NCBI GenBank assembly: GCA_013115125.1
Contig: JABANN010000378.1
Coordinates: 1-34,141, forward strand
Reading direction: 5' to 3'
DNA length: 34,141 nt
Source: Perkinsus olseni
Taxonomy: Eukaryota
Each line of letters starts with the position of its first letter. Position 1 is the first letter of the stretch. Below are positions 22,457-34,141 of this stretch, piece by piece. The notes under the pieces were generated by a model. The model was not told the DNA's origin, did no database searches, and saw nothing but the letters and a program-made list of their open reading frames with translations. The position numbers and the translations under genes were made by a program.

Positions 22457-25277
22457 TCAAGCTACTGATCCAGCCTCCGGTTTTACTCCAATTTTGGCTT
22501 TCATCTGCTCAACCTTCTCAGAGAGGTCTTTGTACAACCCTTCCGCCTCCTCTAGTTGAGAGGCCAGGTTATCATTGTAGTCCTGTGAATAAGTATTCCT
22601 ACGTACTCGCCCGGCTTTCCTAGATATGGACCACTACCTTCATCACTTGACACTTCTCCCTTAGCTGTTGGAGACGCCCCTCTCTACCCTCACGCTCGTG
22701 CCAGAAAGACTTTGACATATTCATCATCTAAATTGCAAATGGTAATGAACGAAAAGTATACACAAAATCAACAGTAGCTCCACCTGCTCCTGAATGGGCG
22801 GCTTCTCAGAAATCTCAGGAGGGGTCACAGCAGGCGCAACGTCGTCCCCATCACCATCCTCATCGCCAGTTGCCGAGTGCGATTTGTGCAGGGATTGTAC
22901 GGTTCCGTAGAACTGTTGGGCGTACACCTGAGCCATGCAACTCTCTAGCACCCGTTAAGGGCTTTTCCGCAGCATTACGTAGCCGTTCATCGATTTGAGA
23001 GGCTGCTTCGATTTGAGGGCCTCGTCGACATCAGTATCAGGAACGCCCGTACGCAGCCATGCCTCAGGAATGATCCACGATGACTCCTTTCGCGAATGTT
23101 GAAACACAAGAATCTGCATTGACAGCGAGTGCTGGAGTGGATAACTGCCTTGGAATGTAGTCACCTTCTCATCCGTATCCTTCATCGGTCCGTCAGGAGC
23201 CCATATATTCAATTTGCCTCCTGAGAATGTAAAATCGTGAGAGGAGGAGGAGAGCAGCAGTGACCTACTATTGAGCGAGACACTAAACCAACGGGTCTGA
23301 TGTAGTTGCTCCTCCTCCTTCTCCTTCTCCTCGCAATTCTCGTTGGTCTCTTCCGTCTCGCCCTTGACACCCTACCAAATGCAAGAATACGACCATTCAA
23401 CACCGCGAAGACTCCATGATGGGGTAGAAATTACCCAATCGCTAGTGTGGTTAGAATTATCAGAGTTCCTCAGTTTAACACCAACAGAGAAACCCTCCCA
23501 ACTACGGTCTTTAGAATCGCCCAAAAGGACTGGTCCACGGTCCTGAAAGAGAAGATATCAATGACGAATGTCAGACGAATGCGATCCACCTGCTTAGTTG
23601 CGTAGGTCGCCGAGATATAGGGAGTGTCTAGCTGCGACCAGGAGTCAAAATATAGTACTCTATCACCCTGTGTCACACACAGCTTCCGAGTAGGTATCTC
23701 ATCAACTGACGGAGATGACTGTCGTGCCTCTGCATCCAGCTGGTCTCATGCTACCCTCAGTCCAAAACTCCTTCGGAGAGCTTAGAGCAGTTGGATCGGG
23801 ATCTTGATACTCGTTCTCGGCCCTGGGATACTCCAAAACTAGTACGCCATTCTTGTCCTTTCCCATGCACATCTGAGACGCAGACGCACGCAGACGTCCA
23901 CGGGTTATCTCTAGGTAACCCTCGATCACTACCTTCACCGGCTCAAGTGCGCCATTGTTGGTGACATGCCCCCAGGTCTCTTGATCATCCTTTGCGTCCA
24001 AGCGAGGGGCGAATACCAGCCTCTCCATATCTCCAGAAACCACAGGTATAGTCAATGGCTTCGACCCCGGCACTGAAGGGATTCCAGCCTACCGATTCGT
24101 CACGATCCACTAGGCCCTACCTCTATTAAGGTACACAGTGAAGGTCCAAAGTGATGACGTATCGATTGAACCTTGATATAGTAATAGTATTACAATGATG
24201 GTGGAGAGAAGGCATGCCTACTATCGAACTCAGGTAAGTCCCCGATTGTGAACTCGAGCTGACCGACCGTAGCACATCTCACCCAAACATAAGTCTTCGA
24301 CCAGTCATCGGAGTATCTAAAAGCATGCATAGTCCCGCGAAGGCTATTGCTCGACTCACTCCATGTCGGCAACAGCATCCTCGTCATCATCACCATCAGC
24401 GTACTCCTCCGACTGCGGTTGATGATCGTCGGCTTCGTGTCCTGAAGATCACAGGTGTGAACAGTATACAGGTGTACACAAGTTTGCTGATGACCCGTAT
24501 AAGGAGGAGATGAACACCTACCAGAACCCTGCTTCCACGGATCTTCCTTCTGATCGTCGCTAGCACCATCTTTCTTGGTGTCCTCCCAATTCGTAGCACT
24601 CTTCCATTGATCTCCGTTGCCACTATCACCCCAAGTGTTACCGCCCTTCCAGCTATCTGCACCACCTACCAAATGGAACAACACTACAACGCCACCGCGC
24701 CTTTGAGAACATTACCTTGCTGCCCCTCTTTCCACTGACCGTTCCTATCGGCTTCCCAGGCTCCGTCAGATGAGCTCCACTTGGTATCCTCTTGGGGCTT
24801 GTCGCCAGAACCATCGCCGGTCTCGGTGGCTTCCCATGATTTTGAGTTAGACTCCTCCGCAGAGGAAGACTTCCAGTCGCTTCTGCGATTCCCCTCATTC
24901 CAATTGCTCTTGTTATCCTTCCACGACTTCCTGTTATCTCTCTGAACGAAGCGGAAGTACCAATATGTGGATGCATTGCACAAGTCGGTAAGGTCCAATG
25001 GCTTACCCAGCCTTTGTCGTTATCCTTCCATTCATTCTCACGGTCGCCGCCCTTCTTATTGTTCCACCCACGCGAACCTTTCCAGTTCTTCTCCCAGCCC
25101 TTGGCCTGATATCTGTCACCATACCCTCCTGAGAGAAGTACGAGACCAAGTGCCCAGACGCGTCAGCAAGGTGGAAAGCATAGGAGCAAAATGGTTGGGC
25201 ATGAGTCCGAGGGAGGGCAACCCATCGAACATACCTTCCTTCTTATCCTCACCCTGCTGCTTCCACTCTCTGGCCAT
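22457..25277 (-). CDS. Hypothetical protein with N-terminal Trp-repeat (GW/WG/xW-rich) disordered region and C-terminal coiled coil
   Basis: Spliced N-terminus MAREWKQQGEDKKEGGYGDRYQAKGWEKNWKGSRGWNNKK...KGW...SWKGGNTWGDSGNGDQWK; globular-looking middle exons; ends LEEAEGLYKDLSEKVEQMKAKIGVKPEAGSVA*. Could be two genes. Confidence 0.6.
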
Positions 25278-25481
25278 GGTTATAGTGATGACAGGCAAAC
25301 CAAAAAAGAGCTGCACATAGCGAATCTCGTCCCGATTCACCGAGTAGTCCGAGGCACACCAACAAAGGGGAACGCGACACAATCTCAGGCAAGTCATGTG
25401 ATGATGTTATGATCTCCCACAGAGGAGGCCGAAACTCTGATTGTTCAAATTAGAGATAAGTGTCATGCATCGGGTGTTAGT

Positions 25482-29553
<4,072 letters not shown>

Positions 29554-29711
29554 GCGGAACAGGAGTTCAAGGAGAGTCTTGGACGCAATAGCAGGTCTCG
29601 AGTGCACCCTCTGCCTCCCGATGCCCATAAGACGAACAATGCAAGGCCGTGAAGATCTACACTTAGATGAACCACAGATGAAAAACACTCGAAGGACTGT
29701 ATTGGATTTCG

Positions 29712-32571
29712 CTACTGCTCATCCTGATGTGTCTCCGTCATAAGGTACGATAATACCAGGACGGAGGTATTGGTGTTGCACTCAGGTTTGTCGATAGCAT
29801 GACCTTGTTGAGGGTACATATACACGTCCACTGAGGGGCAATGCCCATTCACTGATACTGCTTGAGCCCATCTGAGGGTTTTGCAACAATAGTAGCAGGC
29901 GATAATGAAGTCCTATGATAACCTTACCTTAGTCCCCCCATGTGAGGCACCCTTTGATCACTCTCACCGAGTAATAGAAGTACCGGCTTGTCAACATTCT
30001 TGGCAAGAGGAGTGGCAGAGACTTCTCTCATTCTATCGATTTGCTTCCTAGTCAAAGCTTGATAGTCGAAGTCTGGCGCACCCTCCTCCTCGCCAAAGGC
30101 CTCGACAAAGCACCACTCAGGTATGTCCGTAGTGAGACACTGGGAGAGTAAGTCTACTGCTGGGTTCCACAGGATGCCACATTGATACCTGAACGACTCA
30201 TAACTCTTAAGTTCTTGAACTACACCTCCTACCTTCCCCTCACTGATGCATCTGATGACCCCATCAGGTGCCCACACAGGAATCCACCATGGGAGCCACC
30301 AAATACGCTGACACCCTTGACCTCCTTGCCTGACCAGCGCCCGTCAGTTTGTCAATGATGCACTTCGGCGTCACCTGTATCGCGCAGTAGGTCCTGTTCA
30401 GCGTGTACCACTATGTCGTCACAATCAGCTACATCCATGGTCCCAGCATGACCAGGGAGGGCGTTGAGGAAATCCAAACCGAACGACGTGGACCCTCTGA
30501 GGGAAGAGACTGACCAATAACAGAGAAGCGAGGAGCGGCGCCCGCCATGACCTAACCTCACCTATAGTTGGGCAGCACAACAGCAAAGCCCGCCTGAAGG
30601 AGATAGGCCACCTCTCCGACGAATGCATTGGCACTGAAGCTGTGAGGGCCGCCATGCAATCTGGCAACTAATTGCTGATTCCATGCTTTCGGTGTAACTA
30701 GACAACCAGTGCATGACTCGCCTTGTACCAGGGATATTGTAGGGGGTGAGCCACCCTGAACGAACACGAGAAGCTATTAAAGGGGCGCAAGTTGATCGAA
30801 CCTACATTCCATTCTACTGGTGGCACTGCCATAACCTCGATGCAGTCCGATTCAGGATCGGATATACTCACGGACGAGATAGATGGACGATCTACGAGGC
30901 TTTGGGTCATAACAAGAGCCCGGCTGCTCTGGCCATCGCCCCCACCAACATCTAGGAGGGAGCACGAGTCTGACTGGCCATCGGGTGACTCAGGTCGTTT
31001 ACCCGGCCTGACAACGCGTGGCAACGGTCGGAGTGAATACGAGAAGGCCCGAGTGGGAGAGCCCACCATATATTTCTAACTATCTTTCCAGAATTAATAT
31101 CGACCACAAAGGTTCTGTAGGCGCCTTTGCTCTGCGTTGTCAGTATAACTTTATTGTTACCAGAGTTAGGTACCCAACGGATAAGGGAGCGGCTCTCCTC
31201 ATGCAGATGCAAAAACAGGCCTGAGATAGCGGGATCCTAACCGTCATACGACAATCGGTCACAACACGGACCTGTCCAGTTATCATCTCCTGTTATCGGT
31301 ACTTCATGATAGAGCATATTATTCGAGTCCAGAACATACAGGTCCATTGCAGTGATGTGAGTGGAGAAGCGATTCCGAGCCCCAACAAACATTACTCGTT
31401 CACCTAAGGAGTGGAATCGCTGGATAGAGAGCAAATTGAGGAGCAGCTGTATCACCATCTGGTGAAGGGTTGGGACCAATAGCCATGTACAGGCCCTCCG
31501 AGATGAGTTTCGGAGATACGGTACGAGCAGCGAAATCCCCTATGTAATAAATACTGCTAGGACGGTTGAAGCACACTGATAGACCCTCTCTAGCTAATGG
31601 TGTAGGGCCAGTGTGATAGACTGTTAGGAATAGCCCTCTACCCTTCCTACTGAAGGTAGTGAACCTATCGGACACAGGCTGTCAGTGACTGCAAACGATA
31701 AGGACAACCTACCCCAGGGTCTTGTCCTTCATAAATTCAGATCCAAGCCGTTGATTAATATCAATAAACTCGTCATCAGCGAGGGAGTAGATGTAGACGC
31801 ACGGCTCCTTTATACTAGTCAACTTCTCACCAAAGTTGGGATGATATCGAAACCGCGACAAAGGTGTGAGCTCGGCCGTCACATCTCCATCATCACCGCG
31901 ACCTGATCTACTAAGTAGACCAGTAACACAGCAAACCTCAATTGGTTATAACGAATCAACATTCGAGAGCCGACGTGGCATGTTGAGCCTTCTCCCAACG
32001 AACCTGTTCGTTTCTTGGCTTCACTAGTCGTAGGCTCAGTACTCCACCAGGTCTTCGGATACTTCGGAGGACGACGTTCTCCATGTATGAGAACATACGA
32101 TTGACCATACATGACAAGCTCACCGAATGGGCCGCCATTGCGAACCTCCAGGATATCTTTCGGGAGCTGCCTTCTCACCAACTGATGGCCACCTTCATAT
32201 ACCTCCAGATACAAGGTACTGTTGCCTCCGTTAGACGGATCTTTAGACTCGGTTGGACCAGCCGTGATCCGCGCCTCGCATGAATGCCCATCACTGCTGA
32301 AGGCCCATGCCTTCAACCGTTCGTCCACAGGAACATCCGGTAGGTCGAAAGTGCCTCTATCATCAGTACGAAAAACGATATGACGACAGAACTTCCGAGG
32401 TTCGAATTCCTCGAGGTCAGGACGCGAGAACAGAAGAGTTGCTGCTGAAGTGCCGCCGCCGCCGACGAAGTTGGCCGAGACGACCGACGCACTACTAGAC
32501 AGAATGCTCTTAACGATAGCAGCAGCCTTGTTCTCGATCTTAGCTGTTGGTGAAAAACTTTGGAATGGCAT
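29712..32571 (-). CDS. APEH: Acylaminoacyl-peptidase (acylamino-acid-releasing enzyme, peptidase S9C)
   Basis: LHGGPHS, PNYRGSTSFG, GGSHGGFL (catalytic Ser), NPAVDL...TTDIPEWCFVEA, LGESDQRVP (Asp), YPQQGHAID (His). Confidence 0.93.
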
Positions 32572-32715
32572 GACCTAGCCTAGATGGGTAAGAATTGCTG
32601 TTGCACCAGCATAGCTACCCCTCATTGAAACATATCACGCAAGACCACAAAGAGAGTGATTGCAGTGACCGAAACTACCATCATAACATCAGCTAACATG
32701 TGCTGCTGCTCGTCA

Positions 32716-33419
32716 TCATCGGCTAGCATCCAAGATCGCCGCTGGTACGCTTACTTTAACAATCTCATCATCATCAAGCCACAGTGTGACCTGGTCTCCA
32801 TCTGAGAATCGAGTACCATCATAGGATTGATCGAGGAAACCTACTCTTCAGAAACTTGCTCGCTTCTTTAACGTATTTCTGCGGCAATTCCTGCTGGTTG
32901 AACTGATCATCCTGCACGAAGAAAACCTTCTCGTCATTGTCCCAATACAGGATCTGGCAAGCTTGCTTCTCAACCTTCACAACTGAGATTCTCGGAATCA
33001 CCATACCACGCCATGAGCCAGGATACTCACCATTGAACTTAGCTGTCGTACTGCCCTTCCACCTCTCCGGCTTGTTTGAGGTTAAATTAGTATACTCGAG
33101 CTAACAGAGAAGGAGTGGCACAACGATGAGTGGAGAATGGTGACATTATTACCGAAACATGTGCCGCCTGTCTCCCTTGCTTAACTTGCCTAACATTGTT
33201 TATCTCCCAATACTCTGATGGACCATCCTCTTTCCACTTCTGCTTAATGATAGAACCCTTATCGATCTCATTAGCGGGTGTAACGACCGTCGCGAATGCC
33301 CGCGAGCAGGCAACACTCCGTAGAGGGCCGTTCAACCGTACGAGGACCCTGTTAGAGACGCTCGTGATCATACTTGAACTGGGTGCTAAAAACAGGCCTG
33401 GCAGCGTCACACGAGGCAT
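32716..33419 (-). CDS. efp: Elongation factor P-like protein, domains I-II only, with mitochondrial-type presequence
   Basis: Presequence ends ACSRAFAT, then PANEIDKGSII...VKQGRQAAHVSLEYTNL...VEKQACQILYWD...FNQQELP...FLKNGDQVTLWLDDDEIVKVSVP; four exons, stop at 32716-32718. Confidence 0.75.
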
Positions 33420-33888
33420 AGCACGAGGCAGATTCGAGTAAGCCGCGACAGCCCCCCGCAGTGAGCAGTATTCCGATACATCAAAGATAAAGACGAGCAA
33501 GAATGATACCAAACTCCATCATCTACGCGCCCAATAAGTGAATGAATAACAAGCTTCAAAATGCTTCGTGAGGGTCACTCGAATACAACGCAGTACATCA
33601 AATCTTGATCGAGCCGAAAGTGTCACTTTCCGTTCTTAGGCAGATTTGGCGGAGCGAAACGATGCGCGTTTCGCCATTTTCAATTTCTTGCATCACTCGG
33701 TGCTGGCCAGCGCGCAAACCACAGAACACTACTAGCTGTTAAAATCTCGACGAGCTCATGAGACTTTTGTACCACAACAAAGTAACTATAAAGAGATTCA
33801 TAACTCAAGAGTGCATCGATGAAAAACGGATGCAAGCAAGGATTGGTTACAGTTGGAGTAATTATTCGTGTTATTATTATTAGAGACG

Positions 33889-34119
33889 TCATTTTCGTCT
33901 GGCTCTTTTGCCTCTAGAAGGACCTCCTCGACGACCTCCGCCAGCATCAGCAGCATCAGGCTCCTCTACATCATAATTAACACACTTATCAGCGTCCAGC
34001 AGGCGAATGCCATATCTGATCAATACGGGATTGCCACAAGGAGATAGTCAAGCCCTCGCATTGTCATATACAGACCGTGCATTTTCGATAAGCGAAACAG
34101 AAATTTTATCAGTTCTTCG
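33889..34119 (-). CDS. 3' exons of an unidentified gene continuing beyond the window
   Basis: Spliced RRTDKISVSLIENAR|YGIRLLDADKCVNYDVEEPDAADAGGGRRGGPSRGKRARRK*. Confidence 0.5.
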
Positions 34120-34141
34120 CTATTAATTTAAGTATGAATCA

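Overview
Eukaryotic genomic DNA, most likely from a Perkinsus-like alveolate. This is inferred from the ~45-60 nt introns, matches to the Perkinsus spliced leader and a dinoflagellate/Perkinsus-type plastid presequence. The window has two compartments. (1) About 1-8.2 kb is decayed, accessory-looking DNA: a degenerate tRNA-Glu/Asp-like sequence, a disrupted OTU cysteine-protease ORF, a 35-bp minisatellite, a zinc-finger-like ORF, a probable transposase remnant and spliced-leader relics. It also carries many perfect short palindromes with a 1-nt centre, often in overlapping chains, two of which sit where reading frames break. (2) About 8.2-34 kb is a compact, almost entirely minus-strand cluster of intron-rich genes: an N-acylated protein, an ODF3/SHIPPO-repeat protein, RPS27 (the only plus-strand gene), a bacterial-type cytidylate kinase with a plastid-type presequence, a membrane protein, RPP30, a Trp/GW-repeat protein, MCM2, acylaminoacyl-peptidase and a truncated, probably mitochondrial EF-P. 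All exon structures were worked out by eye and are approximate; no database searches were run.
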